DNA of 64,000 bases from a virus. Lineage: Duplodnaviria > Caudoviricetes. The position numbers and the translations under genes are program-made. Location of the stretch: positions 2,850 to 66,849 of the IMG/VR virus record IMGVR_UViG_3300030376_005461; one strand, written 5' to 3'. How positions within the stretch are numbered: the first letter of the stretch is position 1; each line of letters begins with the position of its first letter. Below the pieces are notes generated by a model. It was not told the origin of the DNA and made no database searches. It was given only the letters and a program-made list of their open reading frames with translations. This document shows positions 27,762-37,809 of the stretch, piece by piece.

Positions 27762-27952
27762 TGGACATGAAAATAACAGGTACTTTCATGGTAAAACAAA
27801 CATTAACAATGTTTGTAGAGGGCTGTGAACACGCTCTATTAGGACAAGAATGTATGGCGAATAGAACTCCACCATATGAAATGGGCTATCAATATGGTCT
27901 AAGTATTATGAGCAGATTTACGCTTGCGAAAGAAAACAAAGAACTTAAATAA
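27761..27952 (+). CDS. Hypothetical protein
   Basis: 63 aa; its 3' end carries the 27920 promoter motif. Confidence 0.5.
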   Translation: MDMKITGTFMVKQTLTMFVEGCEHALLGQECMANRTPPYEMGYQYGLSIMSRFTLAKENKELK

Positions 27953-27972
27953 GATTAAGGATAGGTTATAAT

Positions 27973-28314
27973 ATGAGCAAATACACACATACAATAAGTA
28001 GTAGTACAAGAAATAAAGGTGCTAGAAACCGCATGGGTTCTAGGAGTAAAGTCCTAAGAGCCGTTGCTAATTATCTCAAGCACAATCCGCCTTCTACCGT
28101 ACACCAAATAGTAGAAAGAGCGAGATTTAAAAACGGTAAATTAATTAGAAATTCCAATGCTTTCAAAAGCCCTACTTCTTTAGGTCTTTTGATGTATAGG
28201 CATCGTGATTTCTTTTCTAACAGTAAAGATACTAGACAAAATGCTTGTCTATGGAATGTAAAAAAAGATTCAGATTTTTTGAAAGAAGAAACATATAAGC
28301 AGGTGAAACAATGA
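27973..28314 (+). CDS. Basic, probable winged-helix DNA-binding protein
   Basis: STVHQIVERA...PTSLGLLMYRHRDF...WNV pattern; first gene after the 27920 promoter. Confidence 0.5.
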   Translation: MSKYTHTISSSTRNKGARNRMGSRSKVLRAVANYLKHNPPSTVHQIVERARFKNGKLIRNSNAFKSPTSLGLLMYRHRDFFSNSKDTRQNACLWNVKKDSDFLKEETYKQVKQ

Positions 28315-28526
28315 TGACAAAAACAATACAAAATAAGCACAACAATAGACGAGTTACTATTCTTAAAACAATAGTGAGTGATACAGGTAATGTATTTTAC
28401 GAAGTGAAAGGTGAAGGGTTACATGGTATGACAACTTACATATACGAAGATGATATGAAACATTGGTTTGAAGTATCAACCGTAAGAGTAAACAGAAAGC
28501 CTAAGCACATGGGGGAAGAAGAATGA
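28311..28526 (+). CDS. Hypothetical protein
   Basis: 71 aa, ATGA coupling. Confidence 0.5.
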   Translation: MMTKTIQNKHNNRRVTILKTIVSDTGNVFYEVKGEGLHGMTTYIYEDDMKHWFEVSTVRVNRKPKHMGEEE

Positions 28527-28623
28527 AAGCAGGAGTAAGAGCGAGATATTTTAGTAAATTTAAAGCGAGAAAAGCACATTATGATGCGGGATTATATAGA
28601 AAGAAAAAAGGAGATGAAGAAGA

Positions 28624-28821
28624 ATGAGCGATGAAGGGTTCAGAATAATAACTCACGAAGATATTGTCTTTAATGCTTCTCAATTTGTTGAAGCATTACA
28701 TAAATCTAATGTCCGGTTGTATGAAGATGTATTAGATACCATAGCAAATTACTACGAAAGAGTAGGCACATGGGAACGTGATGATGATGGGAACATGGTT
28801 TTAACGAGGGATGAACAATGA
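28624..28821 (+). CDS. Hypothetical protein
   Basis: 65 aa; GGAGATGA RBS. Confidence 0.5.
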   Translation: MSDEGFRIITHEDIVFNASQFVEALHKSNVRLYEDVLDTIANYYERVGTWERDDDGNMVLTRDEQ

Positions 28822-29906
28822 GTGATAAGGAAAAAAAGCCAACAGAAAAATATAGTTTAGTGGTAAAACTAAATAGAATAAATGCAGAAAATCAAGAAAG
28901 CGATGACCCAAAGTGGGGAAACAAAGAAGAGTATTTCAGTCATTTTAGGGCTAATGTCAAAAAGATACCTCGTTCTCTAAGCGGTAAACATTACAAAGCG
29001 TTTAGTGATTGTGTAACTTATGGTGGCGACACAAGAAGAGTTAAAGCATCGTATTTGAAAATGGCGTTTAAGTATGACGAATTAGAGAACTTATGTTCTT
29101 TTCCCTCAAAAGAAAATTCCGCAGGTACACGTTATTTTATACTAACACACGCTAGTAAATACACGTATACTAATAATGATACTAAAGCGGTATTCCAATT
29201 GAACCCTAGTATAGTAAACAAAAATTACCAAAACAACGCTTTAGTTATTGATTTAACCGAACTAAAAAGGTTATTTAACGATATAAAAGTAGAATGGAAA
29301 AAGGAGTCGAACTTGAAACAATATAGACAAGACAATGAAAAGAAAGTATTAAAGATTTTAGAAAAAGCAAATTTGTTAGAATTGGCGATAAAAGAAGGAG
29401 TTAAAAAATTAGACGAAATGAGAATATATGACGAAGACGTTTCTCTAAACCAAGAAACCTTCAATATGTATCAGTTAGATTTACATAAGTCATTTCTGAG
29501 AAGCATAAATGATGATTATGTAGAAAAAGATTATAATTTATGGAATAAAATAGATAACGTAGGTAGGTATATAAAAATATATCAAAATAAAATCACATAC
29601 AAATACATGGATTATGTAGACAGGGATTTTGATTTGTCAATATCTGATTTAGAAAATGCAAAATCGTACATACTACTGACGCTTGATGATAATTCTGATT
29701 TCCCAAAAATAGAAAATAGATTCAGTTGGAATAAAGAAAATAAACGCTATGACAAAGTAGGTGTTTATAGTTTACCTAACCTAACTGAGTATTTTAATCA
29801 AGTACAAGCGTTGACAAAATTAAAAAAGCAAATTAAAGAGCAAAGGGAGACAATGACAAGAAAAATGTTGCTATTCTTAAATCTAACAGGGAGTGTACTA
29901 AAATGA
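28818..29906 (+). CDS. Hypothetical protein (362 aa, Lys/Asn-rich)
   Basis: Long ORF, ATGA-coupled at both ends; no motif recognised. Confidence 0.6.
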   Translation: MSDKEKKPTEKYSLVVKLNRINAENQESDDPKWGNKEEYFSHFRANVKKIPRSLSGKHYKAFSDCVTYGGDTRRVKASYLKMAFKYDELENLCSFPSKENSAGTRYFILTHASKYTYTNNDTKAVFQLNPSIVNKNYQNNALVIDLTELKRLFNDIKVEWKKESNLKQYRQDNEKKVLKILEKANLLELAIKEGVKKLDEMRIYDEDVSLNQETFNMYQLDLHKSFLRSINDDYVEKDYNLWNKIDNVGRYIKIYQNKITYKYMDYVDRDFDLSISDLENAKSYILLTLDDNSDFPKIENRFSWNKENKRYDKVGVYSLPNLTEYFNQVQALTKLKKQIKEQRETMTRKMLLFLNLTGSVLK

Positions 29907-30088
29907 GTCTAGAAAACCATATGGTTGTAGGTCAAGATGACTTTGATGAAGTAGTCGAGTGCTTCCACGTAGGAGAAATGACAGTAGATGAATTTGATAC
30001 TTCTTGGGGCGAAACCATAGTCAGAATCAGATGTGTAGATTGTGGTGCGGTTTTTGAAGGTTTTGTAAGTGAGGTTACAAACTGTTAA
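29903..30088 (+). CDS. Zinc-ribbon microprotein
   Basis: ECFH...RCVDCG pattern. Confidence 0.55.
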   Translation: MSLENHMVVGQDDFDEVVECFHVGEMTVDEFDTSWGETIVRIRCVDCGAVFEGFVSEVTNC

Positions 30089-30142
30089 ATAGTTTGCGAA
30101 GGCAAACAAAGGCTTTATAAACAGTAAAGGAAGTGTTAAATT

Positions 30143-30439
30143 ATGAGAAGAGTACAGGCTAGAAGGGCGATAGCAAAGGTGTTATTGCAGAATCCTAACG
30201 GAATCACAAGTAGCGAAATAGTAGATAAATTAGACCCTAATGTAAGTAGGAATAGTATTCGTGACGGAAGACACGTATCTAATTTACTTCGTGGGGCGAA
30301 AGGTATAATTAAGAGTAAAGAAAATTTTAACGGTGGGTTTGCCGTTACTCATGACGGTTGTGTAAGGAATTACATGGTTGTTGTGTACAAAGTTACAGAC
30401 CCGAACAAACTTAGCGAATGGGTTGGTGGAATAGTATGA
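30143..30439 (+). CDS. Probable winged-helix DNA-binding protein
   Basis: IAKVLLQNPNGITSSEIVDKL...HVSNLLRG; follows the 30093 promoter. Confidence 0.55.
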   Translation: MRRVQARRAIAKVLLQNPNGITSSEIVDKLDPNVSRNSIRDGRHVSNLLRGAKGIIKSKENFNGGFAVTHDGCVRNYMVVVYKVTDPNKLSEWVGGIV

Positions 30440-30618
30440 GTAAAATAGAAGATGCAGTAGTAAAGATGATACAAGAGCGAGCGATGACAGGTGAAAATAA
30501 ATACGGTACGACTATGGAACGTGGTGATTTAAGTCTACAAGAATGGCTCACCCATATGCAAGAAGAATTACTAGATGCGGCAATCTATGTACAAAAAATA
30601 AAGGAGATATTAGGATGA
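30436..30618 (+). CDS. MazG-like all-alpha NTP pyrophosphohydrolase family protein
   Basis: G..KYGTTMERGDLSLQEWLTHMQEELLDAAIY with an EExxD metal-binding motif; start moved to ATG 30436. Confidence 0.55.
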   Translation: MSKIEDAVVKMIQERAMTGENKYGTTMERGDLSLQEWLTHMQEELLDAAIYVQKIKEILG

Positions 30619-30959
30619 AGAAGATAGAAGTTACACCCGACCCAACATATAGAACGGCAGATGAAAATGCAGTTTCTTTAAAGGAAATAATAGATTTATT
30701 AGCAGACGAATCTATCGCATCTAATGAAGATTTTGAATTGTTACATAATGTGACAAAAAGAGTAGAGCATTTTGGTGTATATGTAGAAGAATACGAACAA
30801 AAAATATCTAAGATGAGAAACTTAATTGAGAAGTCTTATCCTTACATGACACTAAATACTTTTAAGCAAAATGTACCTAAGAAAACAATACGTGAGTTTA
30901 AAGAAGTTATGAGTGATGTATCGGCATGGGTAAGGAGAAATAAACATGACCGAGAGTAA
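30615..30959 (+). CDS. Hypothetical protein
   Basis: Start moved to ATG 30615. Confidence 0.5.
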   Translation: MKKIEVTPDPTYRTADENAVSLKEIIDLLADESIASNEDFELLHNVTKRVEHFGVYVEEYEQKISKMRNLIEKSYPYMTLNTFKQNVPKKTIREFKEVMSDVSAWVRRNKHDRE

Positions 30960-31758
30960 GCCAATACTCATGCACTTGTTCGTAGATAAAATAAAAATTG
31001 TAGACGCAATTGCTTTCAGAAGAAGTGATGTAGATAACAATAAAGGAAGGTGGGTCAAGCAACCTAATGTACATTTAAAGTACGAAAACAAGGACTTATA
31101 CATAGTAGACAAACATATCATGCACAATTTTATCAATAATTTGTTACTTGAGCGTATGAAATATCATGATTATTTACAATTAGTAGAAGAGTTTCCTTTG
31201 GAAGTCATGCTACAAGAAGCACTACTTGACGCAAAAGGTGGAATTATAAAATGTTGGGTTACTGGCAATAAGATAGAGGGTTTTTCGGAGACACATATCA
31301 TAAACAACGAGGCAATAGGTTTTACATTGACAGAACTTTCTGTATATCTAGCATCAAAAGGTTACAAAGTTAGACACGCTATGGAAGAATATGATTTTGG
31401 TGACGGTAAAACTACTTCCTTTACTAGCACATTTATTAATAAGGGAAAAGTAATATCTATTGTAGCACATGACCGAAATCCAATTATCCAAAGTAGATAT
31501 ATAAATAATACGGTAATGTTAATAAGTAGTCGAGTGTTTAAAGGTTTTCTCAGTACCATCGAAGCAGGAGAGTTATACGAAAGTATAGATAAGTTTCTTG
31601 ATGAACTAGACCACATAGAATATTTAGTATCACACTCTCCCGATTATGAATTGGTTTTGAAAAATGTATTTTTTGAAACTGAATATATTAGAAAGTTTAG
31701 GGATAAAAATAAACTAGAAAAGGAGAATTATAGTACATTTAAATATTATTTTTCTTAA
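30946..31758 (+). CDS. Hypothetical protein (270 aa)
   Basis: Last gene of the early arm, followed by an AT-rich intergenic region. Confidence 0.6.
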   Translation: MTESKPILMHLFVDKIKIVDAIAFRRSDVDNNKGRWVKQPNVHLKYENKDLYIVDKHIMHNFINNLLLERMKYHDYLQLVEEFPLEVMLQEALLDAKGGIIKCWVTGNKIEGFSETHIINNEAIGFTLTELSVYLASKGYKVRHAMEEYDFGDGKTTSFTSTFINKGKVISIVAHDRNPIIQSRYINNTVMLISSRVFKGFLSTIEAGELYESIDKFLDELDHIEYLVSHSPDYELVLKNVFFETEYIRKFRDKNKLEKENYSTFKYYFS

Positions 31759-31869
31759 TTCTGAACACAACAAAATTAATTAATGGAGAGCAGTAGCATG
31801 GTTTTGTTAATTAATTATTTAATTCAAAGAGGTTTGATAAGATAATAGTAAAGGCCTATACAAAAGCCT

Positions 31870-31919
31870 TTGAAATAAAAAAAGAATTATGGAATTGTAG
31901 AGCAGTATAACGATTAATT
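31870..31919 (+). promoter_or_regulatory. Third copy of the roughly 50-bp upstream element
   Basis: TTGAAATAAAAAAAGAATT-N9-TAGAGCAGTA-N6-TTAATT, 52 nt before TTATAA at 31960. Partial copy GAGAGCAGTA at 31786-31795. Confidence 0.7.
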
Positions 31920-31988
31920 CTTTCTGAAATAAATATACAGAATAAAAAAATAAACAACATTATAAGCGTAATAGTAGTAGGGATTATC

Positions 31989-32405
31989 ATGGCGGGCGGG
32001 GCATCACGTAACTTAAGGTTAGCAGATTGGTGCTACGAACACATAAAAGAAGAAGGTACTAAGAGCGTACAAGAACTTAAGGATTATATTAACCACCAAA
32101 GAAAAAACTACAAAGGCGATAAATATAAGGAAAGCAAATCTAAAAGGCAATTCTCATCACACCAAATAACAGGTATGTTAAGAACCAGTCCTTTATTTGT
32201 TAAAGTAGGGGTTGTTGTCAACACCTATGATAACGGTACTATAAGCGGACATACACACAAAGGACAAAAATCCGAAGTAAATGAATACGATATAGTAGAT
32301 ATAAAAGAAGTAGTAGATAAGTTACTACAAAAAACACATAGAAGGAGAAAGCATTATCCTAATGTGATAAAAGCAGAAATAAAAAGAAGGGGAATAGAAT
32401 TATGA
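31989..32405 (+). CDS. Probable winged-helix DNA-binding protein
   Basis: GTKSVQELKDYIN...SSHQITGMLRTSPLF; first gene of the replication arm. Confidence 0.5.
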   Translation: MAGGASRNLRLADWCYEHIKEEGTKSVQELKDYINHQRKNYKGDKYKESKSKRQFSSHQITGMLRTSPLFVKVGVVVNTYDNGTISGHTHKGQKSEVNEYDIVDIKEVVDKLLQKTHRRRKHYPNVIKAEIKRRGIEL

Positions 32406-33256
32406 ATAGAGTAATATCACAACAGAAAGATACAGACTTTGTATGGGATTATAGTAGATTGCAGGACAGGTATCACACAGGCGGTAGTCTAATAGTTTTT
32501 CATCAAGGAGAAAGGGGTTTCGCTACATTCTTAGCAGGTATGGGTATAATAGGTCACGCTAAACCCGTATGTAGAATTTTTAGTAAGTTATTCTTAGTAG
32601 ACGCTTACAATACCGCACCCGACCCGACATTTCCCGAATGGAGATTGTTTGAGATATATGATAATCTAGGTACAAGACATTTTGTTTTAAGGATAACACA
32701 TTCTTATCCTCTACCCGAATCAAAAGATTCAGATAACTCTTGGTTATACACATACCCTACAATACGTGATATAGTTATGGAACTAAACAATTTCGGTATA
32801 GATTCTATGACATACATGACATCTAACTTACTTCAAACATCGCCCTCTTATGACACTAAGCAATTTGCAGTTATGCAATCAGACGAGTTAGCGATATTTG
32901 ATTATATGCAACACGAAGAAGCACCCATTAGTCTTGATGGTACTAAATATGACAATGATATTATATTATCTACACCTTCTTGGTCTTTTGGTTGCGTATT
33001 CAAAAACTTTTGCACTACTCCAATAAAGTATGTGAAACTATTAATTAGTGGTACGGACACACAATCTTTCATAGATTGGAATTCCTTTGAGTCTTACAAA
33101 GCGTATTTGTATAATTATCAAAGCATTGTAACTCATGATGATATTATAATTAAGTTAAAAGAAATATTAAGTGATTTAGAAATATTAACAAGTGGTAAAA
33201 GTTTAGATAGGATAATGGCTGATGAATTTGGTGGTGAAACTCATGACTACATTTAA
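32402..33256 (+). CDS. PAC2/PNP-UDP-fold-like protein (proteasome-assembly-chaperone-like)
   Basis: N-terminal beta-G-helix pattern (SLIVFHQGERGFATFLAGMGII) and IRDIVMELNNFGIDSMTYMTS resemble archaeal PAC2 proteins. Recalled pattern only. Confidence 0.4.
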   Translation: MNRVISQQKDTDFVWDYSRLQDRYHTGGSLIVFHQGERGFATFLAGMGIIGHAKPVCRIFSKLFLVDAYNTAPDPTFPEWRLFEIYDNLGTRHFVLRITHSYPLPESKDSDNSWLYTYPTIRDIVMELNNFGIDSMTYMTSNLLQTSPSYDTKQFAVMQSDELAIFDYMQHEEAPISLDGTKYDNDIILSTPSWSFGCVFKNFCTTPIKYVKLLISGTDTQSFIDWNSFESYKAYLYNYQSIVTHDDIIIKLKEILSDLEILTSGKSLDRIMADEFGGETHDYI

Positions 33257-34547
33257 TGTGTTTGACAAAACTCTAGAGTTTGCACAACGCAATCATTTCA
33301 TAGACATCGAAGACAAACTACCAATTTTCCTATGCAGTATTGGCGGCCACATCTTCAACGCTCTTAACAAATGTAGTCGTTGTGACTTTGACCCCGATAG
33401 CCCATTAGTAGATGAGGAAAACGATTTCACTATACCTAACTGTCCTTTGAGACATAACAATATACCATTCCACACACCTATGTCTTCGTTGCCCGACACA
33501 CGAATACATCTTATGCTTCGTGGACAAAAAGGTAGCGGTAAATCTATTCTAATTATGATGTTCTTAGCAGAAGGTACAGGTCTATTACATAGTGCTAACG
33601 CTGATATGGGTCACGGTATGAGAACAATGCTCGGCCCGAATTCTGTAACTGAGGCGGGTATGTTCGGCTCGGTAGATGAAGACGGAAACATCATGGGTCG
33701 TCCTCTAGCGAGAGAACTATGTGGTGGCTTCTTAGGCTTTGAAGAGTTTTCTTCTATGTCTGATGCGTCAAAAAAAGACCACAGTATGGATATGAAAAAT
33801 CAATTGCTTACTTCCCTAGATAATGGAAGAGTACAGAAAGCATTGAGAGCAGGGTGGGTTTCTTATACTACAAGATACACAGTATGGGCAGGTACGCAAC
33901 CTGCTAGATTTGAGTTAGATTCCGGTCTTGACCGTAGATTCTTTATCATTGATATTGATATGAACCCACAAAAGGAAAGGGAATACAAAGCGGCACAACA
34001 TCGTCAAGCGAATACTCCTATGGAAGAAAGAGTCGAATTGGCTAATCTATCTATACAAATTAAGGATTGGATTCGTACTCGCATGGAAACGGCAATTGCT
34101 AACCCGCCTACCGGAGTAATATTTGATGACGCAGTAGCAGAATGGATTGACCATCCGACAGTTCGTTCTTTCGAGGCTGATTTATTTAGAAGGTTATGTA
34201 TCGGTTATCACATGATGAAACCCGACTATCATGGCGGTATGCCTCTCATCATTACTCTTGATGATACTTTAAGGGAAATACTAAATCAATCGCTTGCTAT
34301 GCGTAGGACTGTAATGGATGCAGACTTAGAACTAATTAGGAGTGCGTTTTGGATGCAGGATTTACCTAAGTCTCAAGTTGTAAAGGAAGTATCACGTATG
34401 GTAACAAATGGGGATTATCAATCGGCTAAGAGGTGGATAACCGAAAACTTAGAAGGACAGTCGTGGTATAATGAATACGAACCGAGTACAGGACGTAGAG
34501 GTAGAAAAGGAGTATTGTGTAGGTTTGGAACAGGTGATTTAGAATGA
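33243..34547 (+). CDS. mcm: MCM-like AAA+ helicase (motor domain only)
   Basis: Walker A RGQKGSGKS, SVTEAGMFG, GFLGFEEF (Walker B), pre-sensor hairpin GRVQKALRAG, sensor WAGTQP, Arg finger LDRRF. Confidence 0.75.
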   Translation: MTTFNVFDKTLEFAQRNHFIDIEDKLPIFLCSIGGHIFNALNKCSRCDFDPDSPLVDEENDFTIPNCPLRHNNIPFHTPMSSLPDTRIHLMLRGQKGSGKSILIMMFLAEGTGLLHSANADMGHGMRTMLGPNSVTEAGMFGSVDEDGNIMGRPLARELCGGFLGFEEFSSMSDASKKDHSMDMKNQLLTSLDNGRVQKALRAGWVSYTTRYTVWAGTQPARFELDSGLDRRFFIIDIDMNPQKEREYKAAQHRQANTPMEERVELANLSIQIKDWIRTRMETAIANPPTGVIFDDAVAEWIDHPTVRSFEADLFRRLCIGYHMMKPDYHGGMPLIITLDDTLREILNQSLAMRRTVMDADLELIRSAFWMQDLPKSQVVKEVSRMVTNGDYQSAKRWITENLEGQSWYNEYEPSTGRRGRKGVLCRFGTGDLE

Positions 34548-35146
34548 GAAGCGTAAGAGAAATACAAGAGCGATTGGCGACAACAAATGATGCGTTTGTC
34601 ATCGAAACATTACGATGGGTACTAGAAGGTAATTGTCCTATATGCGAGAATAAGAAGCGTAGGGAATTTGAAATAGCAATCCATACAGAAGAGTATGGTG
34701 CAGAATACTTAGAGGTTAAATATAATTGGGCAGAAGGAACTGTAATGAATCATATGAACAACCATGTAGATTACGATATAACAGAAGCAACACACGTTGA
34801 AACTGCTAGGAGACAATCAATTGATACTCTTGAAGCGGCAGAAGATATTGTTCTTAGGATTCGTGGTTATCTAGATGAACTAGAGGAACAGAAAGAAGTA
34901 ACAGGTATCAATTCTGATTTCGTTGCTGATGCGGCTAAGTTAATTGGACAAGCAAATTCAAGCCTAAAGTTAGTAGGTCAATTGAAGAAGGAGATTGGTG
35001 TAGACTCCCAATTATTATTGGCACAAGCACAAGTAAATGATATGAGTAGGATATTAGTAGATATTTTAGCAGACCATCCCGATTTACTAGATACAGTAGA
35101 ACTAAAGATGGCCTCACTAAAAGAACCAATAGTAGTAATAGAATAA
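34544..35146 (+). CDS. Zn-finger/HTH plus coiled-coil protein (TerS-like candidate)
   Basis: CPIC...REFEIAI...GTVMNHMNNH followed by a helical oligomerisation-like region. Confidence 0.4.
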   Translation: MRSVREIQERLATTNDAFVIETLRWVLEGNCPICENKKRREFEIAIHTEEYGAEYLEVKYNWAEGTVMNHMNNHVDYDITEATHVETARRQSIDTLEAAEDIVLRIRGYLDELEEQKEVTGINSDFVADAAKLIGQANSSLKLVGQLKKEIGVDSQLLLAQAQVNDMSRILVDILADHPDLLDTVELKMASLKEPIVVIE

Positions 35147-35158
35147 GGGGAAAAGTAA

Positions 35159-35623
35159 ATGAGCGAAAAAATTACACATAGAAAACTTGACACTCCTACA
35201 TATAAAATAACAGGAAAAGTTAGGGATGGTAGATGGGATAGTGAAAAACAAGATTGGTTCGTAAGAAGAATGATACCTAGATACTTTCATACTTTAGGTC
35301 ACGCTGAAGAGTTTTTTGATTCTGATAATGTCCACACAGGTACATTGTGGAAATTAGTAGATTCTATGACGGCAGAAGAATACAAATACCGTACACAACA
35401 ATGGAAACCCAAAGGGTCTTACGGTATAATAAGATTGAAAAATATGTCTTGGGGATTAGGTATTAGGGCAACAAACGCAAAAGGCAACAATCAACATACC
35501 CCTAAAGAAAAATTAGCGAGAGCAGACCCAAATAACTTTAGATACGGTAATAAATATCCTTCATCTAAATATACTCAATGGAGAAAAGATGGTGCTAGAA
35601 AAGAAAGGGAGAAGAATAAATGA
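35159..35623 (+). CDS. Basic hypothetical protein
   Basis: 154 aa ORF. Confidence 0.55.
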   Translation: MSEKITHRKLDTPTYKITGKVRDGRWDSEKQDWFVRRMIPRYFHTLGHAEEFFDSDNVHTGTLWKLVDSMTAEEYKYRTQQWKPKGSYGIIRLKNMSWGLGIRATNAKGNNQHTPKEKLARADPNNFRYGNKYPSSKYTQWRKDGARKEREKNK

Positions 35624-35889
35624 GGTCTTGGAGAAAGGGGTCACAACGTACTCTCAATACCCGCCCTATATACGAAAAAGAATTTTCAAAACTTGTAGCG
35701 GCTATGGTAAATGAAGGTCTAATAGGCACTATCACACAAGAAGGCTTAAGGTGGAGTATCTTGGGTTATAATTTAACTGCGTCATCGGTATGCAAAGTAT
35801 GGGGTCTAAGCCCTAATCAATACAGAAGGTTAAGCGATTATATTTTAGTCAATGACCCTTTCTTTGAACTTTATAAAGATGAAATATAA
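35620..35889 (+). CDS. Hypothetical protein
   Basis: 89 aa, ATGA coupling. Confidence 0.5.
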   Translation: MRSWRKGSQRTLNTRPIYEKEFSKLVAAMVNEGLIGTITQEGLRWSILGYNLTASSVCKVWGLSPNQYRRLSDYILVNDPFFELYKDEI

Positions 35890-35921
35890 AAAAATTATGC
35901 GAAAAATTTTGAGGTCTTAAT

Positions 35922-36533
35922 ATGGGAGTTATTATATTTACGCAGGACGATAGTAAGTATTTATCTAGCCAACACGTTATTATGTACAAAAATATTGATA
36001 TGTCAATATCTCATGCCGATGTAACTTATATTCTTAGGACGGATAAGTTTACAGAAGCAGACGCAATATCATGGATTCCTTACATCAACAATAGGTTAAT
36101 TGTCACAATAGATAAATTACCTAAACTAACTAAGAAGTCTGAGGATTTCGTTTTAGTAGATGGTAACTATACTAAGGGTAAAACTAACTTTGCTCCTATC
36201 ACATCTTTACTTAGGTGGCAACATAGGGGTAGAGTGTACCACACAATACAACAATTACCAATCCCTCTCATCATATCATTTCTAAAAAACAATGTTGATG
36301 ATATTGAGTTTTGGAGAACGCTAAACAAAACAGGCATGGATTTACCCGATATGTACACCTATGCAATTATGAGTTATTACATTCACCCTAAAAATAATAC
36401 ACAAGTCAATTGGCCTAAGAAAAAGAAGAAAGAAGAAGCAACCGTAGATGGTTTTAGGAGTAGCGACAAACACATACAAGAAATACAATTAGGGTTAAAG
36501 AAAGAAAAGAAGGAGATGTCGGGATGGGTATAA
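35922..36533 (+). CDS. Hypothetical protein, possibly a degenerate clamp-loader large subunit
   Basis: Helical C-terminal region (PIPLIISFLKNN) ending in a basic tail, near the RFC gene. Weak resemblance only. Confidence 0.3.
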   Translation: MGVIIFTQDDSKYLSSQHVIMYKNIDMSISHADVTYILRTDKFTEADAISWIPYINNRLIVTIDKLPKLTKKSEDFVLVDGNYTKGKTNFAPITSLLRWQHRGRVYHTIQQLPIPLIISFLKNNVDDIEFWRTLNKTGMDLPDMYTYAIMSYYIHPKNNTQVNWPKKKKKEEATVDGFRSSDKHIQEIQLGLKKEKKEMSGWV

Positions 36534-36730
36534 TAACAATATTTTTTGTTTTACTTTTGGCTTGGTTAGGGTGTTGTTTATTACATGATTTATGGGTATG
36601 TACACTAGAGCAGGAAATAGCAAAAAAGGAATTTAATAAAACTATGTGTAATAAAACAAGAGAAAACTATGATAATCCTTCGCTTGGATATATAGATTCG
36701 GCTATGTTTTTGAGTATGTACGACGAATGA
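36524..36730 (+). CDS. Single-TM small protein
   Basis: N-terminal hydrophobic helix IITIFFVLLLAWLGCCLL. Confidence 0.55.
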   Translation: MGIITIFFVLLLAWLGCCLLHDLWVCTLEQEIAKKEFNKTMCNKTRENYDNPSLGYIDSAMFLSMYDE

Positions 36731-37170
36731 CTTATATACATTATCAATATCCTTTTATATTAATGAGTGCTAACAACCGACGAATCCGACGAATAATAGT
36801 AGAGTTACTATACGAACATGGGGCTATGACTAAGGAAGGTATGGCAGATTTATTAGCAAAAAGTAAAAGTATTCGTACTGTTCCTTCGCCTCATAGTTTA
36901 TCGGCCTTAATGTCTAAGAACCCACAAATAGTTCCGGTTGGAGAAGAAGATGTCGAAAATGCAGTAGGTATAAAGGCTAGTCATTTAGTGTATGATATTG
37001 ATAGGAATTTAATAAGAAGTAAAGAGGATATAGTATATTCACGTACACCTACTGTCATGACACCATCACAAGTAAGTAAAAGTCGACGTTGTTCTTTATG
37101 TGGTAGAGTAAGAGTGTTTCCCGAAGGAGAAAACAAATGTATTCATTGTATCCGTGACGCTTGCGAATAA
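36727..37170 (+). CDS. Winged-helix protein with C-terminal zinc ribbon
   Basis: IIVELLYEHGAMTKEGMADLL...; CSLC-X11-CIHC. Confidence 0.6.
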   Translation: MTYIHYQYPFILMSANNRRIRRIIVELLYEHGAMTKEGMADLLAKSKSIRTVPSPHSLSALMSKNPQIVPVGEEDVENAVGIKASHLVYDIDRNLIRSKEDIVYSRTPTVMTPSQVSKSRRCSLCGRVRVFPEGENKCIHCIRDACE

Positions 37171-37208
37171 ATAGTTAATATTATAAGCGTGATAGGTAAT
37201 GTAAATAT

Positions 37209-37430
37209 ATGAGGGCAGTAAGCACAGTACACGTAGAATATGAAATATTTAATCACATAATTAACAATGTAGATTTGAGTGAATTATATGAAGACATGGT
37301 AGTAGATGACGTATCAAAAGATAGGTTTGATAAAGGTGCTACTAACGCAGTTAAATTAATTAGAAATTTAGCAAATAGAAGAATGCACAAGTTACCTAAG
37401 AATCATGTTGACAGGAGTGATAAACAATGA
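37209..37430 (+). CDS. Hypothetical protein
   Basis: 73 aa; first gene after the 37155 promoter. Confidence 0.55.
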   Translation: MRAVSTVHVEYEIFNHIINNVDLSELYEDMVVDDVSKDRFDKGATNAVKLIRNLANRRMHKLPKNHVDRSDKQ

Positions 37431-37535
37431 AAGGAGATGTGTATGGCGGAGTGCCTACATGGGAAATAGGTATCGCTTTTATTTTAGTAACATTAGGTCT
37501 TGGAATAATTTTTGTAGTGGATAAGGCGATAAAAT

Positions 37536-37805
37536 ATGCCTCTTAAAATACCTAAACAATTGAAATGTAAATTGTGTAGTTCAAAGTTCAACAACCCACT
37601 ATATGAGGGTGCTAGAGTATCAGCAAGCGTTTGTACTCCTTGTAGACATAGTTACTTTTCCGCTAAAACTTTACGTGAATTAAGTATTGATAGAAGTAAA
37701 CAAGAATTTATTCAAGCGAAAGAAGAAACAAAAACTAAATTAAAGAAAAAGACAACTGTACCTAATAATAATTATATTACATTAGCAACATATGAGGATT
37801 TGTGA
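37536..37805 (+). CDS. Zinc-finger small protein
   Basis: CKLC...CTPC. Confidence 0.55.
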   Translation: MPLKIPKQLKCKLCSSKFNNPLYEGARVSASVCTPCRHSYFSAKTLRELSIDRSKQEFIQAKEETKTKLKKKTTVPNNNYITLATYEDL

Positions 37806-37809
37806 GATT

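Noticed and set aside
29677-29686. TGACGCTTGA inside ORF 28818-29906
   Set aside because: Partial motif, mid-gene, without a clear TATA box at the 14-nt spacing or a nearby gene start.
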